This document shows positions 13,151 to 24,049 of a stretch of DNA of 64,000 nt, piece by piece. Position 1 is the stretch's first letter, and every line of letters starts with the position of its first letter. The notes beneath the pieces were generated by a model, which saw only the letters and a program-made list of their open reading frames with translations, did not search any database and had not been told where the DNA came from. Source of the stretch: Dokdonella sp. (GTDB taxonomy: Bacteria; Pseudomonadota; Gammaproteobacteria; Xanthomonadales; Rhodanobacteraceae). Where the stretch lies: assembly GCA_019634795.1 (NCBI GenBank), contig JAHCAR010000015.1, forward strand, positions 12,798 to 76,797. Reading direction: 5' to 3'. The position numbers were made by a program, and so were the translations under genes.

Positions 13151-13192
13151 GTCACAGGCAATTCATAGCGACTTCGTAGTGCCAACGTAGCG
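13151..13192 (+). promoter_or_regulatory. 11-bp-phased direct repeats, candidate wHTH binding site
   Basis: GTCACAGGC (13151), TTCATAGCG (13162), TTCGTAGTG (13173), AACGTAGCG (13184). Confidence 0.45.
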
Positions 13193-13363
13193 CCCGCCAC
13201 GACGCCCGCCGCTAGTGTGCCAGCAGAGGAGGCCCCCCACGGGGCCGCTTGCCCGCGCGCCGGACCGGGTGTGCGCAGGCGGCAGTCATGGTTCGCCCTG
13301 TCCTCCTTGCCCCTACAGGTGCCGCCTGCGGCGACCTGCCCCCAAAGCGACGTGGAGAATGAA

Positions 13364-14338
13364 ATGCGGATGAAAATGAACTGCGCACTGGCTGGTGCGC
13401 TGATTGGCTGGAGCGCGCTGTCGTACGCCGCTGCCCCGAACGACTGGCTGCCGGCTTCGGTTGACGGGACCTGCGACGCAACCGACGTGGATTTCTCCAG
13501 TGCGTCCGACGGTTTCGCGACCTGCGCGTTCAGCAACGTCATGACGACCGACGATGGCGGGCTGAACTGGCGCGTCCGGTCGACCGACCTCCAGCAGAGC
13601 CTGCTTTGGGCGCACGCCGAAAGCCACGACGTGCTCCATGCGGCGCGGCGCGGACTCTACCGCAGCGTCGATGCCGGCCTGACCTGGGCCGAGCTGGGCA
13701 ACCTGAGCAGCTTCGATGACTCGATATTCGACGCGCACTGGTTCGACCAGCAGCACATTTCCCTGCTCAAGGGCGCCGATCTGCTCTACAGCGACAATGG
13801 CGGCAACGACTGGACCTTGGTCTATCCGGCGCCGTTCCAGGTCTATTTCAGCAAACTGCACTTCCCGACTGCACTGACCGGATTCTCAACCGGTGGCATT
13901 ACCACCGGCATGGGATCGCATGGCAACGTCGCACGCACCGTCGATGGCGGATTGAACTGGACCTTGCTGACGTTTCCGCATAGCCGGATCTACGCCGCCG
14001 ACTTCTTCGATACCCTGCATGGCGTGGTGGCGACCCAGGACATGGAGCTTTACGTGACCTCCGACGGCGCCGATTCCTGGCAATTGCTCGGATCGACCCC
14101 GGCCAACGACCTGCTGATGGACATCGACCACCGCGACGCGCAGCACTGGTATGCCGTGTCGTTCAACGGAGCGATCTACGAAACACGCGATGCCGGTGCC
14201 ACCTGGGAGACCGGCTACCAGGATCCCCAGCACAGGGCGCTGATCGCGCTCAGCGTGAAGGATGGCGCAGTCGTGGCGGTGGGCGACGGAAGCCAGGTCC
14301 TCTACGAGGATCGCGTGATGCGCAACTCGTTCGATTGA
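13364..14338 (+). CDS. Secreted YCF48/BNR-type beta-propeller protein with terminal DRVMRNSFD motif
   Basis: GGAG RBS, signal peptide, repeated TxDGGxxW/SxDAGLTW Asp-boxes. Confidence 0.8.
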   Translation: MRMKMNCALAGALIGWSALSYAAAPNDWLPASVDGTCDATDVDFSSASDGFATCAFSNVMTTDDGGLNWRVRSTDLQQSLLWAHAESHDVLHAARRGLYRSVDAGLTWAELGNLSSFDDSIFDAHWFDQQHISLLKGADLLYSDNGGNDWTLVYPAPFQVYFSKLHFPTALTGFSTGGITTGMGSHGNVARTVDGGLNWTLLTFPHSRIYAADFFDTLHGVVATQDMELYVTSDGADSWQLLGSTPANDLLMDIDHRDAQHWYAVSFNGAIYETRDAGATWETGYQDPQHRALIALSVKDGAVVAVGDGSQVLYEDRVMRNSFD

Positions 14339-14426
14339 CGCTGCAACGCTGGTGCCCGCGCGTGGCCCGGAGAGCGCGCGCGAGTACCTGCACGACGGGC
14401 GGCAGCATGCCCCTATTCGCCGCAAC

Positions 14427-14449
14427 GAAGCCGCGCCCTGCGCGGCTTC
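14427..14449. terminator. Hairpin between convergent genes
   Basis: GAAGCCGCGC-CCT-GCGCGGCTTC; no strong U tract. Confidence 0.45.
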
Positions 14450-14465
14450 CGTGCATTTGCCAGGC

Positions 14466-15614
14466 TCAACGCTTGTCGATCGGCACGAACTCGAGGTCCT
14501 CGGGGCCGGTGTAGTTCGCGCTCGGGCGGATGATCTTGCCGTCCATGCGCTGCTCGATCACGTGCGCGCTCCAGCCGGCGGTGCGCGAAATCACGAACAG
14601 CGGCGTGAACATCGCGGTCGGCACGCCCATCATGTGGTAGCTGACCGCACTGAACCAGTCGAGGTTCGGGAACATCTTCTTGATTTCCCACATCGTCGAC
14701 TCGAGCCGCTCGGCGATGTCGAACATCTTCATGTTGCCCTGCTCGGCCGACAGTTCGCGCGCGACTTCCTTGATGACCTTGTTGCGTGGATCGCTGACGG
14801 TATAGACCGGATGGCCGAATCCGATCACGACCTCCTTGCGACCGACCCGTTCGCGGATGTCCGCTTCGGCTTCGTCGGGGGTCTCGTAGCGCTTCTGGAT
14901 CTCGAACGCGACCTCGTTGGCGCCGCCATGCTTGGGGCCGCGCAGCGCGCCGATGCCGCCCGCGATGCTCGAGTACATGTCGCTACCGGTCCCGGCGATG
15001 ACGCGCGCGGCGAAGGTCGACGCATTGAATTCGTGCTCGGCGTAAAGGATCAGTGAAGTGTGCATGGCCCGCGTCCACAGTTCGCTCGGCTGCTTGCCGT
15101 GCAGCAGGTGCAGGAAATGCCCGCCGATCGAATCGTCGTCGGTCTCGACGTCGATGCGCCTGCCATTCACCGCGAAGTGATGCCAGTAAAGCAGCACCGA
15201 ACCGAGCGAGGCCATCAGGCGGTCGGCAATGTCGCGCGCACCGGGATGGTTGTGATCGTCCTTTTCCGGCAACAGGCAGCCGAGCACGGAAACACCGGTA
15301 CGCATGACGTCCATCGGATGCGTCGACGCCGGCAATTGCTCGAGGGCCGCCTTCAGGGCGGCCGGAATGCCGCGCAGCGAACGCAGCTTGTTCTTGTAGG
15401 CGACCAGTTCGGCGCGCGTCGGCAGCTTGCCATGCACGAGCAGATGGGCGATCTCTTCGAACTCGCAGGTGGTGGCCACATCGAGGATGTCGTAACCGCG
15501 ATAGTGCAGGTCATTGCCACTGCGGCCCACCGTGCACAGCGCGGTATTGCCAGCGGCGACTCCGGACAGGGCCACGGATTTCTTGGGCTTGAAGGGGGTC
15601 GCGGGTTCGCTCAT
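14466..15614 (-). CDS. prpC: 2-methylcitrate synthase
   Basis: [45 protein letters not shown]. Confidence 0.95.
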   Translation of the reverse strand: MSEPATPFKPKKSVALSGVAAGNTALCTVGRSGNDLHYRGYDILDVATTCEFEEIAHLLVHGKLPTRAELVAYKNKLRSLRGIPAALKAALEQLPASTHPMDVMRTGVSVLGCLLPEKDDHNHPGARDIADRLMASLGSVLLYWHHFAVNGRRIDVETDDDSIGGHFLHLLHGKQPSELWTRAMHTSLILYAEHEFNASTFAARVIAGTGSDMYSSIAGGIGALRGPKHGGANEVAFEIQKRYETPDEAEADIRERVGRKEVVIGFGHPVYTVSDPRNKVIKEVARELSAEQGNMKMFDIAERLESTMWEIKKMFPNLDWFSAVSYHMMGVPTAMFTPLFVISRTAGWSAHVIEQRMDGKIIRPSANYTGPEDLEFVPIDKR

Positions 15615-15672
15615 GGTTTTCTCCGGTGGATTCCGGCCGCAGCAGGCGCCGGTTCTGTGAATGGAATCGGGG

Positions 15673-16269
15673 TCAATCGGAAAAGCTCTGGTCGTCGGCC
15701 ACGACCGGACACTGGTCGATCGGCGTCAATCCGGGCTTCCGGTTCGGCGCGCGGTCGCTGTGGAGCCAGCATTCGCCGAGCGTCGAGCAGTAGCAGATTT
15801 CGGTGTTGACGCGGCCGACGAGCTCGCTGCGGAAGCGCTGGTAGGCTTCCGTATCGGACATGCCGATGGCCAGCACGCGTTCCCCGGGGCTGATCACGGT
15901 GTCGCTGATCGTGGAGATGGTGGTGCCCGTGGTCGGCACGCCGAGCGCGGTGAGCACGCCGGACCAGTCGCGTTTCGGCGTTCCATCGACCCAGACCTGA
16001 ACGGAGCGCACGATGGCCGGTCCTACTCCCTTGTTGTGCACGCCGATCGACCGATCCGGATCGTAGAAGCCGATCAACAGGTTCGGCCAGACTTCGGCGC
16101 GCACCTGCTGGCGCTGGATGTAGGCGGTATAGCCCGAGACCAGCAGGGCGAGCACGCCGATCATCGCCGCGATCAGGGCGGTGACGGCATCCCAGTTGCG
16201 CGCCCGAGGCCGCTCGCGGCGCTCTTCAGCGCATGGCCCGGGCGCGTTCTCCCCGTTCTCCTCGGTCAT
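15673..16269 (-). CDS. Single-TM hypothetical protein
   Basis: [34 protein letters not shown] and [10 protein letters not shown] segments; start moved to MTEE. Confidence 0.7.
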   Translation of the reverse strand: MTEENGENAPGPCAEERRERPRARNWDAVTALIAAMIGVLALLVSGYTAYIQRQQVRAEVWPNLLIGFYDPDRSIGVHNKGVGPAIVRSVQVWVDGTPKRDWSGVLTALGVPTTGTTISTISDTVISPGERVLAIGMSDTEAYQRFRSELVGRVNTEICYCSTLGECWLHSDRAPNRKPGLTPIDQCPVVADDQSFSD

Positions 16270-16345
16270 GCAGCTTCCCCATTCCCGCGGACCATTATCG
16301 CCACCCCGGCTGCAGGCTCGAGAGGGTTCCACCAGGCGCGGTCGG

Positions 16346-16975
16346 TCATGACGGATTTTCTCCGGAATCGTTCAGCTCCGACGCGGGACCGATGCCGGTG
16401 ATCCGCTCGAGCAACTGCTGCAGCAACTCGATCTGGCGGTTCTGCGCATCGACCAGGGAGGCCCAGTCGCGCTCGCGCATCTCGTCGAGCTTCTCGTGCA
16501 CCTGCATGATCTCGAGCTCCGACTTCACGTTGACCTCGTAGTCGTGTTGCGCCTGCATGCGGTCGGCGGCGCTCGCCCGGTTCTGACTCATCATGATGAT
16601 CGGCGCCTGGATCGCGGCGACACAGGAAAGGCAGAGGTTCAGCAGAATGTAGGGGTACGGATCGAAGGCCTTGCCGACCAGCAGATAGCTGTTGAGCAGC
16701 ATCCAGGCGACCAGCACGAGCAGGAACACGATGATGAAGGTCCAGGTGCCGCCGACCGCGGCCACGCGGTCGGACAGGCGTTCGCCGAAACTGAGGCTGG
16801 CTTCGAACTCGCGCACCATGTTGCGCGAAACGCTGCGACGGGCGATGAAACGTTCGATCACCGCGCGCTCGTCGTGCGGCAGCCTTTCGATCTCGGCACG
16901 CAGCAGCTTGTGCGCCGTCTGCCGCGGATCGACGCGCGCGGCGCTGAAGGACCGACCTGGACGCGGCTTGCTCAT
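16346..16975 (-). CDS. DUF1003 family membrane protein
   Basis: GGTWTFI, FDPYPYILLNL, QAPIIMMSQNR. Confidence 0.88.
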   Translation of the reverse strand: MSKPRPGRSFSAARVDPRQTAHKLLRAEIERLPHDERAVIERFIARRSVSRNMVREFEASLSFGERLSDRVAAVGGTWTFIIVFLLVLVAWMLLNSYLLVGKAFDPYPYILLNLCLSCVAAIQAPIIMMSQNRASAADRMQAQHDYEVNVKSELEIMQVHEKLDEMRERDWASLVDAQNRQIELLQQLLERITGIGPASELNDSGENPS

Positions 16976-17020
16976 GGCTGGCGAACCGCCTGCCTGGCAG
17001 CGCCTGCGACCGCCATCGGC

Positions 17021-17908
17021 TCAACCCTTCTTCGCGAACAGCTCATCGAGGTGCCGCTCGAACTCGTGATAGCCGATACGCTCGTACAGCTCTTCGCGGG
17101 TCTGCATGGTATCGACGACATTCTTCTGGTGCCCGTCGCGGCGAATGGCTTCGTAAACCTTCTCGGCGGCGCGGTTCATGGCCCGGAATGCCGACAGCGG
17201 AAACAGCTGGATGGCGACTCCGACCGATGCCAGCTCCTCGCGCGAGAACAGCGGCGTCTTGCCGAACTCGGTGATGTTGGCCAGCACCGGCACCTTCACC
17301 GCATCGACGAAGCGCTGGTAGGTCGGCAGGTCGTAGGCGGCTTCGGCGAAAATTCCGTCGGCACCGGATTCGACGCAGGCAATCGCGCGCTCGATGGCCG
17401 CATCGACGCCTTCGACCTGGATCGCATCGGTGCGTGCGATCAGGAAGAACCCGGCATCGGTCCTGGCATCGGCAGCGGCCTTGACCCGGTCGGCCATCTC
17501 GCCGGCACTGACGATCTCCTTTCCGGGGCGGTGCCCGCAGCGCTTGGCACCGATCTGGTCCTCGATATGGCAGGCAGCCGCACCGGCCTTGATCAGCGAC
17601 TTGATCGTGCGCGCGATGTTGAACGCGCTGGGCCCGAAACCGGTATCGATATCGACCAGCAATGGCAGGTCGCAGACATCGGTGATGCGACGCACGTCGA
17701 TGAGCACGTCGTCGAGCGTGTTGATGCCGAGATCGGGCATACCGAGCGAGCCGGCGGCCACGCCGCCGCCCGACAGGTAGATCGCGCGGTAACCGGCGCG
17801 ACGCGCGAGCAAGGCGTGATTGGCGTTGATCGCGCCGATCACCTGCAACGGCTGCTCCTCGGCGATCGCGGCGCGGAAACGCGCCCCAGCGGAAGCGGAC
17901 TCGCTCAT
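17021..17908 (-). CDS. prpB: Methylisocitrate lyase
   Basis: [46 protein letters not shown]. Confidence 0.95.
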   Translation of the reverse strand: MSESASAGARFRAAIAEEQPLQVIGAINANHALLARRAGYRAIYLSGGGVAAGSLGMPDLGINTLDDVLIDVRRITDVCDLPLLVDIDTGFGPSAFNIARTIKSLIKAGAAACHIEDQIGAKRCGHRPGKEIVSAGEMADRVKAAADARTDAGFFLIARTDAIQVEGVDAAIERAIACVESGADGIFAEAAYDLPTYQRFVDAVKVPVLANITEFGKTPLFSREELASVGVAIQLFPLSAFRAMNRAAEKVYEAIRRDGHQKNVVDTMQTREELYERIGYHEFERHLDELFAKKG

Positions 17909-18059
17909 GAAATCTCCCGGAAAAGGGGGCATTTTAACCCATTCCGATGCCGCGACCGCGGCCCTCGCGTCGACGGCGCCGCGAACGCGGTCGGTTCGCG
18001 AACCGTGACCAGGTTAGCCGGATCGCCGATCATCCCGGGCACAGGTGCGGCATACTGGG

Positions 18060-19817
18060 ATGGCCATGCCCGCAGACCTCGAGGCGCCGCTTGCGCCGGC
18101 CGCACTGACGCCGCTGATCGTCGGCGTCACCAGTCACCGCAACCTCGCCGCCGGCGAGATCGATCTGCTGCGCGAGCAGGTGCGCGACTTCTTTGCCAGC
18201 CTCAGGCGCGAGTTCCCGGAACTGCCGCTGATCGTGCTTTCGGCGCTGGCCGAGGGCGGCGACCAGCTGGTCGCCGAGGTGGCGCTCGAAGCGGGTGCCC
18301 GCCTGGTCGCCCCGCTGCCACTGCCGCCCGCAGCCTATGCCGAGGACTTCGGCAGCGCGGCCAGCCGGACCGGCTTTGCCGAGCTCAGTGCGCGCGCCCA
18401 GGTAATCCAGCTGCCGCTGCTACCGCGCAACACGGCAGCCGGCATTGCCGTCCCCGGATCGCAGCGCGATGCCCAGTACGCCGAGGCTGGCGTCTTCATC
18501 GCCAGCCACAGCCATATCCTGCTGGCTCTCTGGGATGGTCGTGGTTCGGACCTGCTCGGCGGCACCGCGCAGATCGTTCGCTACTACCTCGAAGGGGTCC
18601 TGCCGGGCTCGATCGAACGCCGCAGCGGTGCGCGGCCACTGGTCGATCGCGGTGACGAAAGCCTGCTCTTCCACCTCGCCTGCTCGCGCGAAGGAAACGA
18701 TGGCTCGACGCAAGCCCCGGAAGCTCCCTTGCGTCCGCTGCAGGCACGCTGGCTGAGCCAGAGCAGTGCGCGCCCGGCCAGCGAGGGCATGCCGGACGAC
18801 TTTCGCCTGATCTTCCGGCGCATGGTGCAGTTCAACCAGGATGTCGGGCGCTATTGCGAGGAGATTCTCGAAACGCCTGATCTGCCTCCCAACGCCTCCG
18901 CCGATGCCGGCAAGGTCATCGACCGCCTGTTTACCGCAGCCGACAAGCTGGCCATGCACTTCCAGAAGCGCGTACTGCTGGCCATGCGCGGCATCCACGT
19001 GCTCGCTGCCCTGATGGGCATCGCCTTCGTCTGCTACTCGGACCTGCCCAGCGACTGGTTCGACCCTGCCGACATGATCTACCTGTTCATCGCCCTGTTC
19101 AGCGCCGGCGTGATCCTCGACCGCGTGGCCCGGCGTCGCGAGTGGCATCGCAAGTACATCGACTACCGCGCCCTGGCCGAGGGCCTGCGCGTGCAGCACT
19201 ACTGGTATCGCGCCGGCGTCGCCGCGGCCGGATCGATCGCCTTCGCGCACGACAATTTCATGCAGAAGCAGGATGTCGAGCTCGGCTGGATCCGCAACGT
19301 GATGCGTTCCGCCGGGGTCAATGCCCCGGATCGCCAGGGCGTCGCCAGCGATGAACTGGCGGCAGTCGTCGAGGAATGGATCGGCGCGCCGAGCCGCGGC
19401 GGCCAGCTCGGCTACTACTCGCGGCGCAGCGAGTCGCGCTCGCGAGTACATCGGGCCACACGCCGACTCGGCCTGGCCTGCCTGTGGATCGGTATTGCCA
19501 TCGCGACCGCGCTGGCCGCTTTCCAGAGAAGCCTCGAACCGGACGTGACCACGAGCCTGATCGCCGTGATCGGCGTGCTCGCGATCGTCGCCGCTGCGCG
19601 CGAATCGTATTCCTACCGCAAGGCCGACAAGGAACTGATCAAGCAATACGTGTTCATGCGCAACATCTTCAATGGCGCGCGCGCCGCGCTCGAGGCGGAA
19701 CCGGATCCGCGCGGGCAGCGCGAAATCCTGCGCGCGCTCGGCGAAGCCGCCCTGGCCGAGCACGCCGAATGGGCGCTGACCCATCGAGAACGCCCGCTCG
19801 AACACGGCAAGCTTTAG
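18060..19817 (+). CDS. SLOG (YspA/DprA-like) domain fused to two SLATT/DUF4231-like 2-TM modules
   Basis: VGVTSHR, LSALAEGGDQLVAE, LLALWDG..GGTAQIV; four TM helices; YRALAEGLR, QLGYY and terminal ALAEHAEW segments. Confidence 0.65.
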   Translation: MAMPADLEAPLAPAALTPLIVGVTSHRNLAAGEIDLLREQVRDFFASLRREFPELPLIVLSALAEGGDQLVAEVALEAGARLVAPLPLPPAAYAEDFGSAASRTGFAELSARAQVIQLPLLPRNTAAGIAVPGSQRDAQYAEAGVFIASHSHILLALWDGRGSDLLGGTAQIVRYYLEGVLPGSIERRSGARPLVDRGDESLLFHLACSREGNDGSTQAPEAPLRPLQARWLSQSSARPASEGMPDDFRLIFRRMVQFNQDVGRYCEEILETPDLPPNASADAGKVIDRLFTAADKLAMHFQKRVLLAMRGIHVLAALMGIAFVCYSDLPSDWFDPADMIYLFIALFSAGVILDRVARRREWHRKYIDYRALAEGLRVQHYWYRAGVAAAGSIAFAHDNFMQKQDVELGWIRNVMRSAGVNAPDRQGVASDELAAVVEEWIGAPSRGGQLGYYSRRSESRSRVHRATRRLGLACLWIGIAIATALAAFQRSLEPDVTTSLIAVIGVLAIVAAARESYSYRKADKELIKQYVFMRNIFNGARAALEAEPDPRGQREILRALGEAALAEHAEWALTHRERPLEHGKL

Positions 19818-19914
19818 CGAGGGTCTGGGCAAGTACCGCAGCCGTCACGATGTCTGCCTGCGTGCAGATCGCGACGCGCCGACCCGGCTCGACGGGATCG
19901 CGCCGATCCTCCGC

Positions 19915-21609
19915 CTATTCTTGCGGATGCGCCGCGAGGTAGTTCCGCGCCTCGTCGAGACCGAACTGGTCAGGCTCCGCCGCATGCCAGATTTCGAGCA
20001 GCTTCGCGTAACTGGCCCTCGCATCGCGTGACTGGTCCATCGCCGCCTGCGCGCGCGCGAGACCGAGTAGCGACTGCGCGCGCAGCGGCGCCAGTTTGAG
20101 CGAGCGACTGAAAGCATCGGCAGCCGCTGCCGGCTTGTCATCCGCGAGCAGCAGCTCACCGAGCAGTTCGTGCGGCGGCTTGACCGGAACCGGTGGGCCG
20201 AAATCGAAGGCCAGTCCGTCCATGCGCGTGGCGGCGTCGCGAACGAGTTCGAGCGCCTTCGCCATATCGCCGCGTTTCGCCGCGACCAGGCCGGCGAGGT
20301 CGTCCCGCATGATGTGCAGGTAGTCAAAGAGCTGCGGATCGTCGTCGCTGCGCGTGGTCGTGGCGAGCTGCTCGTCGAGCGCCTCGAGCGATTGCTCCGC
20401 CCCGACAAGTTCGCCACGCTGGGCTGCGGCATAACCGGCGACGAAGCGGTCCAGTGCCTGCGCCTGGGCATCGGCCGATTCCGGCATGGCCAGTTTCACG
20501 GCCGCGCCATTCCAGTCGCGCGATTCGATCACGGCGGTCGCGCGCATCATCGGCAATGACCAGGCGAAGCGGGCAGCGGTCTTCTTCGCCTCCTTGGCGT
20601 CCCTGATCTTCGGCAGCCCGGCGTCGCCACTGCGCTTGCAGTCCAGCAGCAGCTTGAGGGCGTCGCCGTGGCGACCCTGCTGGAAGTACCCGTATTCGAG
20701 CCATTCGTTGTAGTGGAAGCAGTGGATCTCGGGCTTGCCCGATGCCCGGGCGTGCGCATAGACCACGCGTGCCGCCTCTTCATTGGCAGTGACGAGATCG
20801 TCCCAGAGCCCGAGGGCGATGAAGATGTGCGATGTCATGTGCTGGGCATGGCCGGCATCGGGTGCGATCTTCGAGAGTGCCCGGGCGGCCTCAATCGCGC
20901 CTTCGGCGTGTTCGGGGTCGTCCATGCCATGGATCCAGTAGTGCGCGGCGCCGGGATTGCGCGGGTTCCTGGCGAAGATGCGCCTGGCGATTTCGGCCGC
21001 GCGCAGGTAGTCGGGGACATTGCGCACTCCCTCGCTGCGCCCCTCCAGGGCCAGCGCGTGGAACAGCTGGGCCTGGTTGTCGTCCGGGTAGCGCGCGGCC
21101 AGCTTCTGCATCGCCTCGGCATAGCGTGCGTCACGCTCGACCTTGCTGCCCTCCCCTGAGTAGAGCATCTCGACCGCAGCCAGATAGGCCCGTTCGCGCG
21201 GATCCATTGCCTTCGCCGCGCGTTCGGCCGGCGTCGCGCCGAGTTTCTGCAGGACTTCGCGCCCGGCCTTTTCGTCGAGCTGGTTCCAGAGCGGGTGGTT
21301 GTGCGTCATCGCCTCGCCCCAGACCGCCATGACGTAGTCGGGCTGCAGCGCTTGCGCCTCGCGAAAGGCCGCGGCCGCATCGTCGTACTCGAACAGGTGC
21401 AGCAACAGTGCGCCGCGTTCGAAGGCCGCCTGGGCCTGTGCGTTATCGGTCGAGGTCGGGAAGATCAGCGCACCGAGACCGACGCTCGGCGAGGGTCCGG
21501 CGTGCTCATGCCCGCCAGCCGGATCGTGCGCGTCGGCCGGGCCATGCCAGAGCAGGATCGACGCCAGCAGCAGGATCAGTCGAACGGTCCATCGAATCGT
21601 GGTCTTCAT
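19915..21609 (-). CDS. Secreted TPR-containing protein
   Basis: Signal peptide ADA-H; AQAAFERGALLLHLFEY, GAAHYWIH, HAQHMTSHIF. Confidence 0.75.
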   Translation of the reverse strand: MKTTIRWTVRLILLLASILLWHGPADAHDPAGGHEHAGPSPSVGLGALIFPTSTDNAQAQAAFERGALLLHLFEYDDAAAAFREAQALQPDYVMAVWGEAMTHNHPLWNQLDEKAGREVLQKLGATPAERAAKAMDPRERAYLAAVEMLYSGEGSKVERDARYAEAMQKLAARYPDDNQAQLFHALALEGRSEGVRNVPDYLRAAEIARRIFARNPRNPGAAHYWIHGMDDPEHAEGAIEAARALSKIAPDAGHAQHMTSHIFIALGLWDDLVTANEEAARVVYAHARASGKPEIHCFHYNEWLEYGYFQQGRHGDALKLLLDCKRSGDAGLPKIRDAKEAKKTAARFAWSLPMMRATAVIESRDWNGAAVKLAMPESADAQAQALDRFVAGYAAAQRGELVGAEQSLEALDEQLATTTRSDDDPQLFDYLHIMRDDLAGLVAAKRGDMAKALELVRDAATRMDGLAFDFGPPVPVKPPHELLGELLLADDKPAAAADAFSRSLKLAPLRAQSLLGLARAQAAMDQSRDARASYAKLLEIWHAAEPDQFGLDEARNYLAAHPQE

Positions 21610-21671
21610 GCGCTTGGTCTCCGGGCGAAGTGGACGGCAGAGGCCGGCAGCGGAGCACCGGCTATTCCGGC

Positions 21672-23015
21672 TCAGGACGAACGATCCGGCTCCGGATCGG
21701 TCGCCGTTGCCGTTGCCGAGCTCACCATCCGCAGCACGATATAGCCCGCGATGCCGGCCAGCAAGGAGCCACCGAGGATGCCGACCTTGACCTCACTTTG
21801 CAGGACCGGGTGATGGGCAAAGGCGAGCAATCCGATGAACAGGCTCATGGTGAAGCCAACCCCGCACAGCAGCGAGACCCCGGCCAGCTGGATCCAGCTG
21901 GCCTCCTGCGGCAGGCGGGCGAGACCGAAGCGGATCGCGATGCTGGAAAAGCCGAACACACCGATGACCTTGCCGCAGAGCAGGCCCAAGGCTACGCCCA
22001 GGGTCAAGGGCTCGACCAGACGGGCCGCCGTCATGCCGGCAAGGGAGAGCCCGGCGTTGGCGAATCCGAACAGCGGGATGATCAGGAAGGGTACGACGCG
22101 CTGCAACGAATTCTCGAGCAAGGTCAGCGGTGCCTCACGCATGTCGCCCTTCATGCGCAAGGGCACGGTCAGGGCCAGCGCCACGCCGGCGATCGTGGCA
22201 TGCACGCCCGAGCGCAGGACCAGGAACCAGAGCACCGACCCGAGCACCATGTAGGGCCACAGGCTGCGCACGCCGCTGCGGTTGAGGACGACCAGCAGGG
22301 CGATCACCGCCGCCGCCAGCGAAAGGTAGAGCACCGAAAGTTCGTTGGTATAGAACAGCGCGATGATGACCACGGCGCCGAGGTCGTCGATGATCGCCAG
22401 CGCGGTCAGGAAGACCTTGATCGAGATCGGCACGCGCTTGCCGAGCATCGACAACACGCCGAGCGCGAAGGCGATGTCGGTCGCGGTCGGGATGGCCCAG
22501 CCGCGCAGTGCCGCCGGATCGTCGCGATTGAAGCTCACATAGATCAGCGCCGGCACGATCATGCCGCCGAGCGCGCCGATTCCCGGCAAGGCGCGCCGCG
22601 GCCAGCTCGACAGCTGGCCGACCAGCATCTCGCGCTTGATCTCGAGTCCGACCAGCAGGAAGAAGATGACCATCAGGCCATCGTTGATCCAGTGCAGCAC
22701 GCTCATGCCGCCGAGCTTGGCGTGCAGCGATTCGAAGTAGAGTTCCGACAGCGGCGAGTTGGCGACGACCAGGGCCAGCGCGGCCGCGGCCATGAGGACG
22801 AATCCACCTGCCGCCTCGCCGCGCATGAAGTCGCTGACGATGATCAGCGGTTTGCGGATGATCGGCGCCTTGACCGCCGGAAATCTTCTCTTGCTGATGT
22901 GGGAGCTCCTCGCTGGATCAACGATGCCGGGCGCCGACGCTGGAGGACTGGCTGGCGGCGTCCGGCAGGGTCTTGCGATCGACGATCCCCGCACGCGGAG
23001 ATCGTCGCCAATCAT
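21672..23015 (-). CDS. nhaA: Na+/H+ antiporter NhaA (true start probably near 22830-22900)
   Basis: [41 protein letters not shown]. Confidence 0.92.
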   Translation of the reverse strand: MIGDDLRVRGSSIARPCRTPPASPPASAPGIVDPARSSHISKRRFPAVKAPIIRKPLIIVSDFMRGEAAGGFVLMAAAALALVVANSPLSELYFESLHAKLGGMSVLHWINDGLMVIFFLLVGLEIKREMLVGQLSSWPRRALPGIGALGGMIVPALIYVSFNRDDPAALRGWAIPTATDIAFALGVLSMLGKRVPISIKVFLTALAIIDDLGAVVIIALFYTNELSVLYLSLAAAVIALLVVLNRSGVRSLWPYMVLGSVLWFLVLRSGVHATIAGVALALTVPLRMKGDMREAPLTLLENSLQRVVPFLIIPLFGFANAGLSLAGMTAARLVEPLTLGVALGLLCGKVIGVFGFSSIAIRFGLARLPQEASWIQLAGVSLLCGVGFTMSLFIGLLAFAHHPVLQSEVKVGILGGSLLAGIAGYIVLRMVSSATATATDPEPDRSS

Positions 23016-23027
23016 GCAGCCCGATTA

Positions 23028-24011
23028 CTACTTCGCGAACAGGGCCTCGACCGCGGCCCGCTCCTCGCGCAGTTCCTTGTCGGTCGCATCGATCCGGGCC
23101 TGCGAGAACGCGTTGATCTCGAGCCCCTGCACGATCGCGTACTTGCCATTCTTGACCGTGACCGGATAACCGAAGATCACGCCCGGCTCGACCCCGTAGG
23201 AGCCATCCGACGGAATGCCCATCGAGACCCAGTCGCCCTCGGCCGTGCCGTGAGTCCAGTCGCGCATGTGGTCGATCGCCGCCGAGGCCGCCGAAGCCGC
23301 CGAGGACGCGCCGCGCGCCTTGATGATCGCCGCGCCGCGCTGCTGCACGAGCGGAATGAAGGTATCGGTATACCAGGCCTGGTCGACCAGGGACAGCGCC
23401 GGCTTGCCCTTGACCGTGGTCTGGTGCAGATCCGGATACTGGGTCGAGCTGTGGTTGCCCCAGATCGTCACTTTGGCGATGTCGGTATTCAGTGCGCCGG
23501 TCTTTTCGGCGAGCTGGCTGATCGCGCGGTTGTGGTCGAGGCGGACCATCGCCGTGAAGCAGGCCGGATCGAGGTCGGGGGCGTTCTGCTGCGCGATCAG
23601 CGCATTGGTGTTGGCCGGGTTGCCGACCACGAGCACGCGCACGTCGCGCTTGGCATGGTCGTTGATCGCCTTGCCCTGCGGGCCGAAGATCGCACCGTTG
23701 GCCTCGAGCAGGTCCTTGCGCTCCATGCCCGGTCCGCGCGGACGCGCACCGACCAGCAGCGCGTAGTCGACATCCTTGAACGCGACATTGGCGTCATCGG
23801 TGGCGACCACGCCGTGCAGGGTCGGGAAGGCGCAGTCGTTGAGTTCCATGACCACGCCCTGCAGCGCTGGCAACGCCGGGGTGATTTCGAGCAGGTGCAG
23901 GATCACCGGCTGGTCGGGACCGAGCATGTCGCCGGCCGCGATTCGGAACAGCAGGGCATAACCGATCTGGCCAGCGGCGCCGGTAACGGCAACACGGACG
24001 GGAGCTTTCAT
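23028..24011 (-). CDS. mdh: Malate dehydrogenase
   Basis: [48 protein letters not shown]. Confidence 0.96.
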   Translation of the reverse strand: MKAPVRVAVTGAAGQIGYALLFRIAAGDMLGPDQPVILHLLEITPALPALQGVVMELNDCAFPTLHGVVATDDANVAFKDVDYALLVGARPRGPGMERKDLLEANGAIFGPQGKAINDHAKRDVRVLVVGNPANTNALIAQQNAPDLDPACFTAMVRLDHNRAISQLAEKTGALNTDIAKVTIWGNHSSTQYPDLHQTTVKGKPALSLVDQAWYTDTFIPLVQQRGAAIIKARGASSAASAASAAIDHMRDWTHGTAEGDWVSMGIPSDGSYGVEPGVIFGYPVTVKNGKYAIVQGLEINAFSQARIDATDKELREERAAVEALFAK

Positions 24012-24049
24012 TGCATCAACCTCGCAAGAGTCTGGGATGGTGGAGAAGT

